Assembly: GCA_004022145.1 (NCBI GenBank)
Contig: RCNU01000007.1
Direction: 5' to 3' (one strand)
DNA: 64,000 bases
Origin: Paecilomyces variotii
Lineage: Eukaryota
Shown here: positions 24,294-36,655 of the stretch, one piece after another
Layout: the number at the start of each line of letters is the position of its first letter
Numbering within the stretch: the first letter of the stretch is position 1
Notes under the pieces: model-generated
The model's database searches: none
The model's input: the letters and a program-made list of their open reading frames with translations, nothing else
Told to the model about the DNA's origin: nothing
Translations under genes and position numbers: made by a program

Positions 24294-27200
24294 TCAATTG
24301 GCCATCGTGCTCTCATTGAACAGGTCGGCAAGGAGATCATCCTTGCAGGTCTCCAGGTCGGGAACCCCCATACTGTATGTACTCTCAAATGCATGAATAC
24401 TGAGACGGTCAAAGAAGGGCCGGAGAACACGGTCCACAATCTCGTCTTTGGCAGTTTCTCGAATCTGATCAGAGTTCAGGGCGGGTCTCTTCAGTCCCTT
24501 TGGAATATCGCCGTTCTCTACTTGCATGGTCGGGGAAGCTGCGCCTCGGCTTCCCAGCACCTGAGACACCTCATCGGCCAAGGCAGTAGGTTCCCAACGA
24601 TGGGGTGGATAGACTGCGTCGACAGTGTCGGTGACGAACAGCCACTCCTGCAATTGGAAGTCATCGGGAGCTGTCAGGATCAATACATCGAGCAGTTTGC
24701 ATGCTTGAAGTAACGAATACGGGTTATAAAGGTCCGATGGCTGTTCCTGGGCGATAGACGAAATGGCTTCGTGCAACTCTGTATTGATCAATGGCCAAAA
24801 GGGTGCCAAATGAGTCGTAGATGTCTTGAGCACCAGAGATCGGAGAACCATGAAAATCTCCGCTCTCGTGGCAGATGAAGGGGAAGAGACATTCGTTGCA
24901 GCAAGGAGATCCTCCATTTTCTGAAGCAGAGCGGGAAGTTCCGTCACGAAATGATCCTCGTCCGCAGAAAGGATCAGAAGAGCAATCCTCCGGAGATTCA
25001 GCTGGGCTTTACGGTCAGCTTCCAATCGCGCTGCAGATGCGCCAACACCGAACATTATTCCCGCCGATGTTGGGGGCGTAAGGCGGCCCAGGAGGTCGGA
25101 CAATCGGTCCTTGTCAACTATGATCCACTGTCGCAACAGACTCATCCAACCGGTCTTCACAATATCGACCTGAGAACCAAAAAACCTGGGGTCATTGAAG
25201 GCATCCGAAAGATCTTTCCTCCAGGACTTCGACGCCGCCGGAACCTTTGACATATCCTGCAACAGGCTCAACACATTCCTATTTATATTGTTGGGAAATA
25301 GACGTGAGCGAAACAACGGTCCTATCACGTTCGTGGACACACTTGTCATGGCCGAACCAATCCGATCGGATTCACCTAGGGTTGTAATAAACGCCGGCAT
25401 CGACAGAGCCAGAATGCTGAGCACGTCGTCCGGTCCTATCTGCATAGGCGAAGAGTTATCATGATCCAAAGAAGACCTGCTTGACAACGCCGCCTCCTGC
25501 GAAAGACCCAATGGCTTGCTTGCGAATATTGCCGTAAGCAGCCGGAGTAACAAGTCGCCAAGATCCTTGCGCATCCTGCGATCCTCTCCAAAGTTGGTGT
25601 TTTCCATCTTCGCACCCAGAATGGCAGCGAATTCAACCAGTCGCGGAAGTATCTGACGGTGGGGAAACGGGTTCGCTAGCACATCTCGCAAAAAAGTGAT
25701 ACAATCACTCCAGATCTCATCAAGGACGTCGTCATCAAGAGATCTCGCGTACGTCACAAGGAAGGCTGCTAAGTCGGTTTCTGTGATGTTCAAGGTCATG
25801 GCAGACTTGCGGCTCGGGTCGATGGCGCTGGGATTCGTGCGACTATAAATTGCATTGAAGATTGCAGGGATCGTGACCTTAGGCCGGGATCCGTCCAAAG
25901 TATGCAGGAGATTAAAGATCAGAGTTGGTGCGTTTGCTTCTGTTGTAGCTGACTTGTTCCACATTTCGACCAATGTCTCGAGGCACTCGAGAGCCTCCGC
26001 TGTGAAAAGATGCTCGAGGATTCTGCGTGAGCGGTTCCTCATTCTCAGCGACGTATATTGGAAAGACGCGACAGACTCTGCGTCCTGGGCCACGCCATTT
26101 TTGCCGGAAGCGCCCCAGGCCCAGATGGAAAAGCAAAGTCGAACCGCATCTTGGAAACATAGTAGAACAGTAAGTCTGTTGTTTGCAGCAGCGCTACGAG
26201 TAGGGTTCCCTTCCGATGTGAACACCCCTGACACCATGTTGCCGAAAAACCCCTGCGATTGATCCGGGCTCTTGACAGAAGGCGCATTGGCTTCTTCAAG
26301 AAGCAGGCGTTCATGAGCTGTAGCAAGGCAGGTCTCCAGTCCAGTGAGCAGGGCAACAATCACCTGCTCAGAACAGTCGTCTGACCAATTTGCTGTTCTC
26401 TTGAAAACTTGCTGCAGATTGTTATATGAAGACCGTATCTGTCTGCAGAGGCATTCCACGAGCATGAGCAGGATCTGGAAGATCGTCCCGTGGTACAATG
26501 GGAGACATTCGCAAAGTAATACCACCCATTTATCCACCGCCTCATGCGATTTTGAGGAGCTGAGTCCCTTCAGAAGGCAGTCCAACAATTGCGGAGGCGG
26601 CTGCGGAAAGACGGGCGCCGGCTGCACCTTATCCACTCTATCGGTGCTCAAGGACAGCAGCGACGCACTTGTCAAGGTATCTCGAGAGCCAGCTCGTTTG
26701 TGCTTTGATGCAGGGGGTGGTGCTGGTTGTGCTGCGTGGAAGAACTTGATTTTTAATGCTGCAAGGAGAGTGTCGATAGTAGCTCTCTGTGTGGCGCTGC
26801 TGTCCTGGTCCAGTGCCAGAGAGAGTCGTGCAATTAATATTTCAATTATGTTCGAGTCGATTATCCGTTCAGCTCCCGGACCAACGAGCAGCTGCCGTAG
26901 CACCAGAAGGACTATCTGCTGTAGTTTCTCTTCCTCTGAACTCATCTGCGATGTCGACTCTCGCAGTTCGATCACAGACAGCGCTGTATTGAAGATAGCA
27001 TGGTGCAGGCTTTGCTGATCTGGTTGGTCTGTTATTATCAGCATCGGATCCTAACCTAATACGGAGACGACTTACCCTCAGATGAGGAAGGATCATGGCG
27101 CTTCTCAACTGGAGCTACGGAATGCGTGAGCAGTGAAATCCATCCATTATGAGAAAGTGTGACGAGGATGTTAGAAACTATCCGAAACAGATAGTGGCAC

Positions 27201-30180
27201 TCTTTGTAGTGATCAGCGGATACTGTAAAGCGAGTCGATCCGTTACGGTCTTTCAATTCCGAAGTGAACAGACGCTCCAGCCGTGATATGACCATGCGGA
27301 AGACCCTGCACAAGTTGTTAGCAGAAGATATACAATATATACAGATCAGCAACTTACTTGTGGATTGATCCTAGGTCTTGAAGCCATTCATGGACTATCT
27401 GGGAAGCCTCGTTGAGGCCATTTGATAACAAATCCAAGACAATGAACAGCGGACGCTCGAGTAATGAAGACTGGTACGATGCACGGTTGTGTCCCGTGAA
27501 CTTCCCAGCTGCAGATAGTTCTTCAGTCACACGCAATAGTGGTAATTCATAGTTTGCATGGTGGCTATGATTCCATAAGACAAAGAATTTCTCAGCCTCG
27601 TCGGCAGTAGATCCATGCCATGACTCGGATGACGACTTCACCATCAAATATGTTATAGAAGCCTCAACGAGATGATCAGGCCACGACACCGAATGTAATA
27701 GCCACAGTGAGCGGACTGCTTCCACATGGAACTTTGGGCTCGAGGGAGACAAGAACATCCACAGCTGTTGTACAAGAACAGGAACAAGGCGGCAGATCTG
27801 CTCGTACGTCATATGCAAGCCTATCGTGTGTGTGGTATAAAGACTCGTTACGGCAGAAACAATAGATGAGATGGCAGCAAAGACGGGAGTAGTCAACTGC
27901 ACGTCACTAGAGGTCAGGCGGCTGTTGATAGCGCGGTATAGTCTTCCATCCCTGAGAATACGAGACTTGGGCACCTTCTTCAGTAAAGCCACGAAAAGAT
28001 TCAGGCTCTCTTTTACAGTAAGACTCGAGTCGTTCCCCTCAAGCACAGACATGCTCAGTCGATGACTCTCACGCAGGATGAGCTCTCCAACGACTTTGGG
28101 AGGGAACGGCAGCGGTGGCAGGTCAAGGACATCCTTGCTCTTCTGGTAAAAGGAATGGATTCTAGCCAAAATTTCTTCTGAGGGAATCTCCGCGACTGGC
28201 GTCTGGGTACCATTCGTTTTATCTGAACCAGCTTTCCTCGATAAAGCCCTTTCAGAAAGCAAGCCGATGCATTCGTTCGCGATCTGTAGTAGCTGGCTGG
28301 AAACAGTCCTCGTGGTATCTGGGACCCCGCCAGGCCTCGCTGGCAACTCACCCATCTTGACAACAAGCGACAAGACCAAAAGAGGAATATGAATGAGTAG
28401 CATTTCCTCTTCCCGTATATTGAAATTTTCTGTGATAAACACTGCCAGAGACAAGTTTCGCGACACTGCATCAACGGCAGTGTCCAGGTCCGCGGGTTTG
28501 AAGTCTATCAAGGACAGGAGTTCTGAAAAAATTAAGCTGCTCTCGACCCCGTCGAAAAATGCGCTGGCGCTGCGGAAGACCTCTTCGAATTGATTCTGGG
28601 GGACAAGATTCTCGTAGTCTTGGATGCTGCGCATAATCGGCAAGAACACTTCGGGGACAACAGAACCTCCTACCTCCCAACGGTCCATCAAGGACAGAGA
28701 GATACGAAGAGGTCGGATTTTTTCTGAAGGTGCAGTGGACTCATATTGGATCATTTCTAGGATACCTTTCACCAATGGCTCCAGGCCAAAGCGGCCGAAA
28801 TATTGTGATTGCGAATACTCTTGAGTATCCGCCGGAGGCGGACGGGACTTATCTGAGCTTGCTTTGGGAGACTCGAACGATGTCCGCTCGTTCCCAGAAG
28901 CGGCCGGATCTGGCCCCAGAAACCAAGCCCACAACCTCCTATTTAAGCTCATATCCCTTCGAGTAACCACACCTGCTGCAGCTATCACAAGTTTCTGAAG
29001 ATCGGCTCGCGTAATTCGCGACTGCAGTATAGGCGAGTGAAGAGGTAGATGCGTCACAAGCAGATCGAGGAAATTCCGCTGGACCAAAAGCTGGTCGTCA
29101 GCAAGTCCAGTTGCGAAACACCGGATAAGCAATCCGGGCTCTGGCGAAATTACTGATTCAGCTGTGGCGCGCAATTGTTCGGGGATTTGAAGATTTCCGT
29201 CATCAGATATTACGTTTTTGTGGTCTGTCATTCCAAGTTTAGGAAGATGGCGGTTGAGGTAAGCTAGAACCCCCATACGTCTGCTTGGGTTGGTGATGGA
29301 CGCAAGGAAAAGGCATTGCCAGAAGTATTGGCCACTGGCATCCGCATTGTCGCTAGGACGTTGCGTACGCATCTGGCTGGAGACATTGCGAAACTTGTTG
29401 ATGATCCGTAGAGTAGTCTCGAAGTCATCGCTTGTTTCCTCCTCTAGCCCCGGAAGCAATGCGAGTATTATAGCTTTCAACGCAGGGCGAATGGCCCAAG
29501 GCTCGAGATCTGGAAGAAATGTTTCAACCAAGGACAGAAACAACGGCCGCACAGAGAGAGATGCGAAGGTCAGGGTGGGAGCTATGCCTGGTAGGTATAA
29601 TGCGAGATCATGAGAAAGGCCCTCCGGCTAGCGGTAGTCGGACATGAATTAGCACGTATCTTGGAAGGCATCCGGTACGGGTAAATACCTTTATTAATGA
29701 GAATATATACGTGTAGACCTCAAGCGCCTTTTGGTGTACACCAGACGGCAATGATGGATTCAGGCATTGCGCCAGTCTCTTTGCGACTATTGTTTTATGA
29801 GGCACAATCGGTAGGTCTGGGGGATGAGACTGGAGTGCCTTTACTTCCACCGGTTAGCGCATCGGTTATCAGTCATTTTAAGGGTTCTCGCACCTTTAGC
29901 AGGCGACTGAGGAAAGAAATATAGTCTGCCCATTCTTGCAATGCCGTGTCGAACAGTGAGAGCGCCCGCTCGATGCTGGAAGCATAGCGCCGATAGTTCT
30001 TGTCTTTCCTGAGTGTCTCTGCAATCAATGAGAAGTTAGCAATCAATTCCAAGGCATAAATATAAAGACGCCGGAGAGTTGCAACTAACCTTCCTTTCCT
30101 CGCACACGCGGCCGGGTCAAGGAGCTGTCCGAACTTGCGGGGGAATTTGACCTCGGAAACGCGCTGGGATCAAGGCTCAT
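24294..30180 (-). CDS. dopA: Dopey family protein DopA (Golgi/endosome trafficking, morphogenesis); multi-exon
   Basis: Start MSLDPSAFPRSNSP. Dopey_N motifs 'LQEWADYISFLSRLLK', 'AKRLAQCLNPSLPSGVHQKALEVY', 'LLPGLEEE', 'RRDMSLNRRLWAWFLG'. C-terminal 'LNLRRIALLI' and 'FQLQEWLF'. Confidence 0.93.
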
Positions 30181-30592
30181 GATTCCAGTGTCGATACTTG
30201 TGACCTGGGGGAGGTATCAAGCTCGACTTCATCATACATCAAAGCATGAAATTCAATCCCTCTGGGATGTTGTGGTGGTCAAACGCGCATCGCATGAGTT
30301 TAGAAGGCCACGCAGACACTCCGGAGATGTTTTGGCCGCCGCCTAAAGCTCCGACATCAATGAGCTCCGCCGCCCGGCCCTACGTCAACGCAGCCCCGCG
30401 ACCGTCCTTTTGATCGCTTCTATCAGTATCCGCCAGATGCGAGACTTATCTAAAGTTTTACGGAGTTCGAGATGATTGCAAGGCCCCTGTTCTCTTGAGA
30501 AATACCATGGTGCATATCTTTCTCAAGCTGCGGCGGCTTGGGGTCAGCTCCTTACGGCTAAGTAAACTGTCCATGCGCGATAGGATATAAGC

Positions 30593-32662
30593 ATGGACTA
30601 CAAAGAATCGGAACTCAAGTCGCCAGACGCGGCACGGACAGAAGACGATGCCGACCATTCCGGGCCTTTAGGATTACTAGATGAGGACAATACTGCTACT
30701 AGTGCTTCTTCTCCCAGCCTACGTCCATTGACCAGGCCCTCTCTTCAATCCACAGCTACGACGGCGGTCTCTCTGGCCGATATCACTCCCCAGGGCTACT
30801 CAGACAACAATAAGGAGACATATTCAGCGCTATTGGGTCGTAATCTTGCGAGCAGAGGTCTGAAGGCGAAGGCCAGTCTGAATCAGTTAGCGAGTGCTAG
30901 AGCAAGTGAGGCCGGAGACAATGCCAGTATCCGCAGTTTCTTGCCAAATGCAGGCGAAGAAGAGAGTATATTCGGCGACTTCGGACCAACAGAACCTGAA
31001 GGAGAATCCCCAGGCCATGCCGGATTGCTCAGCCTACCTGAATTTCAGGCTGATGATGTGGATGATGATTTCGCCGGCGAATTTGAGCCCATCGGCGAAT
31101 TAGAGGAAGGCGGACAGAATGAAGGTTCGTATCACTAGCTATATCTTCCGCCACTATCGCTGAATCGAGATAGAGTTACTTCTCGAAAGATGGAAAAGCA
31201 AACGAAAGCACTATCTTATTCTTTCTGCCGCTGGAAAACCTATCTGGACTCGACACGGCGACGGCGGTCTGATATCTGGATACGTCGGCATCATTCAGAC
31301 CATTATTTCCTTCTATCAGGATGCTAATGACACTCTGAAGAGTTTCTCCGCTGGGGACACGAAATTTGTTATCTTGACGCAAGGCCCATTGTATTTCGTT
31401 GCTATTAGTCGAATCCTCGAAAGCGATACCCAGCTCAGGCTACAACTCGAAGCTTTGTACATGCAGATATTATCGACCCTTACCCTCCCTGGGCTCACGC
31501 ACCTCTTTTCTGTTCGACCTTCTACCGATTTGAGACGCCCTCTGCAAGGAACAGAGACTCTTCTTTCATCCTTAGCAGACAGTTTCACCATGGGTTCTCC
31601 TTCTACGCTTCTCTCGGCGTTGGAATGCTTGAGAATCCGCAAATCTCATCGTCAGGTCATAAACAATGCTCTATTAAAGACAAGGGTTAGCAACCTTTTA
31701 TACGGGCTTGTCGTTGCTGGCGGCAGGCTCGTGAGCGTTGTGCGTCCGAAGAAGCACTCATTACACCCTGGCGACTTACAGCTACTTTTCAACATGATAT
31801 TCGAAGCAGATGGCGTGAAGGCTGGGGGTGGTGAACGCTGGATACCTGTTTGCCTCCCCGGGTTCAACAGCACTGGCTACCTGTACATGTATGTCAGTTT
31901 TCTTGATCTGCGCGGAGACTCTGGTGGCGTTGCCGACGAGACGGCAACAAAAGACGAGTCTGTCGCCATTATCTTGATAAGTACGGATAAGGAAGCATTC
32001 TTCACCCTGCAAGAGATGCGAAATGCCCTGGTAGAGGTATGTTGCACCCGCTTCACAACCGGTGCAAGAAAGTACTGATTGCAGGATGCAGCAATTGGAA
32101 AGGACAGGCAGTATCAGAGTTATAAAAGCGGCTATCGATCGTGGCCGGCCATCTACAACAGATCTCATTCCTGGAACGGTCTTGCGCCACTTCTTATACA
32201 AATCGAAAGCGAATGTGCAGTTCACCATGTCATCCTACGAACCAGAATTCTCCTCTACATCACGACGTCGAAGGTCTGTCTCCCGGCATCTTGTTGTTGT
32301 CCGAATGAATGAGGAGATATTAATGCGAACTACAGGCTTATCTCAACCTATAATACTTTACACGCGAGCGTGCATGCCAAACATGCTCATGTAAAAGTGC
32401 ACCACAACGTTTCTCGGACTGCGAGCTCTTTTGCTTGGGTGACACCCATATTTGAGCTATATTGCGTTGCCGGGCCTAATACGAACAGAAATGCACTGTC
32501 CCAGAGCGCAAGTAAGATTATACAGTGGGTGCGGCAGGAAGAGGAGAGGCTGTTCATTATTGGAGGTGCTGTGAGTACTGCTCTTCTCCACTACCTCTAC
32601 AATCTGCATTCGAACTGCAGGCAAATTCTATGAGATTACTGATGTATTCGCAGGTTTTCTGA
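30593..32662 (+). CDS. MON1: Vacuolar fusion protein Mon1 (Mon1-Ccz1 Rab7 GEF); about 5 exons ending ...IIGGAVF*
   Basis: '[18 protein letters not shown]', '[10 protein letters not shown]', '[13 protein letters not shown]', '[16 protein letters not shown]', 'LRHFLYKSK' and '[11 protein letters not shown]'. Confidence 0.93.
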
Positions 32663-33262
32663 ATCATACAATCCTCTTCATCCTTTCATCTTCCAATAGA
32701 CCATACGGACCCTTGTCCATGACGCCCTCACTGTTGGCAGTAGTGACGCCATATGATAGTCTTCGATACATAGGAATTGCAGTATATCCATCATGGATTA
32801 GGAATGAAGGATCCCATCAGGATCCCCATCATAGTCTTACTTCAATGCAGTCCAATCATTAAATTAGATCAGTCGTATCTGAGATCCATGGATTGTTTAA
32901 TACGTCTCCCTCTTCACCCTGACCCGTGGGCGGCGCCACAACGGGCGAAATCCGGGGTACCGCTGTTAAAGTGCGGTGGTGTAACCTTAAATTGCGCATA
33001 CGCCATAACCGCCATAACCTCATCTCGAAGTCGGAAGAAATCGATAGATGCCTAGACTCTTGTCGCATCGATAGGCAGCGATCACATGATCAGCATCTTC
33101 GAATGCTTACCTCACCTCGCAGTAGCAGCAGGTTTACCATAGGTATTAACTATTCACGAATAAGTTACCTCAACATCTCAGATGATATCAGTTCGGGGAA
33201 TAGCCAGAAAAGCAGTGATACCTCGACTATCATCTTTACACTTCCACACGAGTGCAGCGAAG

Positions 33263-33957
33263 ATGACAGATAAGCGTGTATGTTGAAGTCTGTTCCTGTA
33301 ATTGTGTCTCTCTTTCTTTGTTTTTTGGGGTTTCTTGTGCTAATAAGTGGCATGGAGGTGTAGATTTACTTTAAAGTCCATGGAACAGTCCAAGGTAAGT
33401 TGTCTGCATAATAGGCAACCTTCTAGCCTCAGCCTTGCTGATCAGTTAATATCAGGTGTCAACTTTCGGTATGAGTGCTCTATCACCCTTCTCTGAGAAA
33501 TGAGGGGTTGCGTGATTGTTATATGTCGGATGGCCTTTCTGAGATTAAATGCTGATTTACTTCCGCGCCCAGCAACTTCACAGATACGCGTGCAAATGAC
33601 TATGGCCTAGTCGGGTTCGTACGAAACACGTCGGATGGAAAGGTATGTGACTTCACAAAGACCTTAAACACTTCTTCATCCCCGCATCGCCATGGCCTTG
33701 CCTCCTGTGGTCTGTTTAGTCCTTCCAGATTCGATAGCCTGGCTACGTCAAGATCAGCGATTCGTTAGTAGAGAGTATGAATTTCATCTCTGCTAACTTC
33801 CCCACAGGTCGAAGGAGAGGCTCAGGGAAGCGATGAGTCGCTGCAGAAGCTGCTGAAAGACATCAACAAGGGCCCACGGCTGGCTCATGTTGTCAAGGTG
33901 GAGAAGCAGGAAATCGACCCCAAGGAAGGAGAAAGTAACTTTGTTGTTCGAGCCTAG
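33263..33957 (+). CDS. Acylphosphatase (92 aa); exons 33263-33277, 33364-33394, 33456-33468, 33573-33642, 33808-33957
   Basis: Spliced product MTDKRIYFKVHGTVQGVNFRNFTDTRANDYGLVGFVRNTSDGKVEGEAQGSDESLQKLLKDINKGPRLAHVVKVEKQEIDPKEGESNFVVRA. It carries the signatures V.G.VQGV.FR (catalytic Arg) and G.VRN..DG.VEG (catalytic Asn). All introns are GT-AG and in frame. Confidence 0.92.
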
Positions 33958-34587
33958 GTCAATGAGATCTGTTGATTGAAGAAGAACACATGTTGTTTTC
34001 TCCTCATGCGGAGACAAGATTCCTGGCTCTCGGGCCAGACGCGGAAAGGGGACGTCATTGCTCTCGGGGATCCCTCGGAGTATTCGCCTGAGGCATCAAG
34101 GCATTATGTTTCAGCTATTGCTATTGCTGAAGATAGTACTGTAGTAGTTAGCTAGACAGATCCACTGCTGTAAAGTTAAGAATCAAGAATGTTGAAGCGG
34201 AATTCTAATCATCTCATCACATCAAGAAGTTACGGAGTACACGTCACGGTCTTTGCACGGGGAGTGGAAAAGAGAAGAAAAAACAGATATCTAGTTGTAT
34301 ATTGTGGAGTGACTAACGAACGAGGCAGATGCCATTAGTGAGGTCATTTGCGAATATTTGCGGGCAAACACTGTTTTTTCCTAATTTTTTTCTTTCTTTC
34401 TTTCTTTTCCTTCCACGCTGTTAGGTAGAGGAACAAATCGGGGACCTTCACAGAAACCGAAATACGGGCACGGCATTCAGGTGAGCAATATTCGAGTAGC
34501 CACGGAGCCGCCTGGGCTTTGCTTTGCGTGCTTTGCTACTGACCTCGGGCGATCCCGTAGGCTGTCTGAGTCACTGGAATCGCCATC

Positions 34588-34600
34588 CCGTAAACACCCG
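34588..34600. promoter_or_regulatory. CCG-N7-CCG (CGG-N7-CGG) element, candidate AcuK/AcuM (AOD2/AOD5) site upstream of alternative oxidase
   Basis: CCGTAAACACCCG about 760 bp upstream of the AOX ATG. It matches the alternative-oxidase induction motif known from Neurospora and Aspergillus. Confidence 0.55.
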
Positions 34601-35155
34601 ATGGTCATATGGGAGGCTACCTTTTCAAAATTACGGTAACGCCGTGACCACCGTGTTTCTTCGCTGACTTCAGGATGGAAATCCAGCGCGGCTGTCAGAT
34701 AATGGAGAGGGATTTCGAGGTGGTTCAACTGCGAGCAGGTGGATCTGCAGCGAGGAGTTACATATGTAACGGAACGGCCGGCTTCCCGGCCAAAATCGAC
34801 CGACAAAACGAGTAGTATCACTCCGAAATACCCTTGAAATAACTAAGAGAACGGTAGTCTAGGGCTGGCATCACAGACTCTTCGGCGAGCCGGTTGGGAG
34901 GATCCAGTGTTCCAGAACAACGGGAGGGGTCCTTGGCTTCCGATTTCCGACGCCAGGTACGGGAAGTCCTTGATATCTTCTTACTCACCGATCAGGCAAG
35001 CTTCAGATGGGATATCGGGAATGGAGGGGCCACCGGGAACAGATCGTCCAAACATGTTGACGTTCTAAGAAAAGCCTTGAGGGTCATGCTTTGGTTCGCC
35101 TCCTTTTCCTTTTTCTTGTTTGGCATCTGCCTATCTGGATTTGACGTGTCCGCTG

Positions 35156-35215
35156 GGTGTATATATATAGTCCCTTCATACTGCCAACGGTATACTTCAC
35201 TTGGTGTATATATAT
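35156..35215 (+). promoter_or_regulatory. Duplicated TATA-like box (13-bp direct repeat GGTGTATATATAT at 35156-35168 and 35203-35215)
   Basis: Directly visible, 150-200 bp upstream of the AOX ATG. Confidence 0.6.
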
Positions 35216-35361
35216 CATCATCCATCAACCAATACATATGGGATCAAGATCCTGATACGATCTACACTGACCCTACTATTACATCCTTCAACGAGGTCAA
35301 TCATACATATATCTGATCATACGGAGAATCTATTCTTGATATATACATACGACCATTCCAC

Positions 35362-36655
35362 ATGTACTCGACAACGGCAACGGCACCCGTACGGGTTGCC
35401 TCGATACTACCCAGAAAGGGCCTTCGTCTTACAGCGCTCAGATGCTACTCAAACGCTGCTTGCACCTCTGGACTCCGATCCGGCAGTTTCTTCCTTCAGA
35501 ACAGCAACTACGCCAAATCCCAGCAGCAGCGGACAGACAACAAGCGGGTCTTCTCAACCACGCCCCGGACACAGATCAAGCAGTTCTTCCCTCCTCCAGA
35601 GACAGATCATATCGCCGATCTAGAATCATCATGGACTCATCCTGTGTAAGTATCCTTGCTCCCATTCCCTATCTTTCACAGTTCTGTTCTACACGTGACT
35701 ATGTACATACTTGAAAATAGTTTCACTGACACTGATGGCCCTTTGCTCCCCAACAGGTTCACCTATCAACAAATGCGAGACATCAAAATCGCCCATCGTG
35801 AAGCAAAGAACTGGTCTGACTGGGTAGCGCTGGGTACAGTGCGACTGTTGCGGTGGGGGATGGACTACGTAACCGGATATCGGCACCCACCGGAGGGACA
35901 GGAGCACAAGCTCCCCCGCCGATTCATCATGGACGAGCGGAAGTGGCTCGTTCGGTTTATTTTCCTGGAGAGTGTGGCCGGCGTACCGGGTATGGTGGGA
36001 GGGATGTTGCGGCATCTGAGAAGTTTACGGAGAATGAAGAGAGATAACGGATGGTGAGTGGTTATATTCCCGTTCAATCTTTCGAAACAAGTACGACGGA
36101 AGAAAAGAAATGAAACCGAACTAACTTATTTTGGGTATATACAGGATCGAAACCCTTCTGGAAGAAGCATACAATGAACGCATGCACTTGCTTTCGTTCA
36201 TGAAGCTGGCCGAACCCGGCTGGTTCATGCGTCTCATGGTCCTCGGCGCCCAGGGTGTCTTCTTCAACGGCTTCTTCCTCTCGTACCTCATCTCTCCACG
36301 CACCTGCCACCGCTTCGTCGGCTACCTCGAGGAAGAGGCCGTCATCACTTACACACGGGCCATCCAGGAGATCGAAGCCGGCAAGCTGCCCAAGTGGAAG
36401 ACGATGCCGGCACCCGAGATCGCTATCAAGTACTGGAACATGCCGGAGGGTCACCACACGATGGCCGACCTGATCCTGTACGTGCGTGCAGACGAGGCCA
36501 AGCATCGCGAGGTGAACCACACGCTGGGCAACCTGGACCCGAATAAGGACCCGAATCCGTACGTGGCGAAGTACAAGGACAACAACACGCCCCATCCCAG
36601 CAAGGGGACGGATATAGTGAGATCCACTGGCTGGGAGAGAGAAGAGGTGATCTAG
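35362..36655 (+). CDS. aodA: Mitochondrial alternative oxidase; exons 35362-35645, 35757-36053, 36145-36655
   Basis: Mitochondrial presequence. Di-iron motifs '[11 protein letters not shown]', '[10 protein letters not shown]', '[10 protein letters not shown]' and '[12 protein letters not shown]'. Two canonical introns. Confidence 0.96.

Noticed and set aside
33793..34017. 74-aa minus-strand ORF
   Set aside because: Antisense shadow of acylphosphatase exon 5.
35345..35356. ACATACGACCAT, resembling the 5' end of ascomycete 5S rRNA
   Set aside because: The match stops after about 12 nt and runs straight into the AOX start codon. There is no 5S body or internal promoter boxes.
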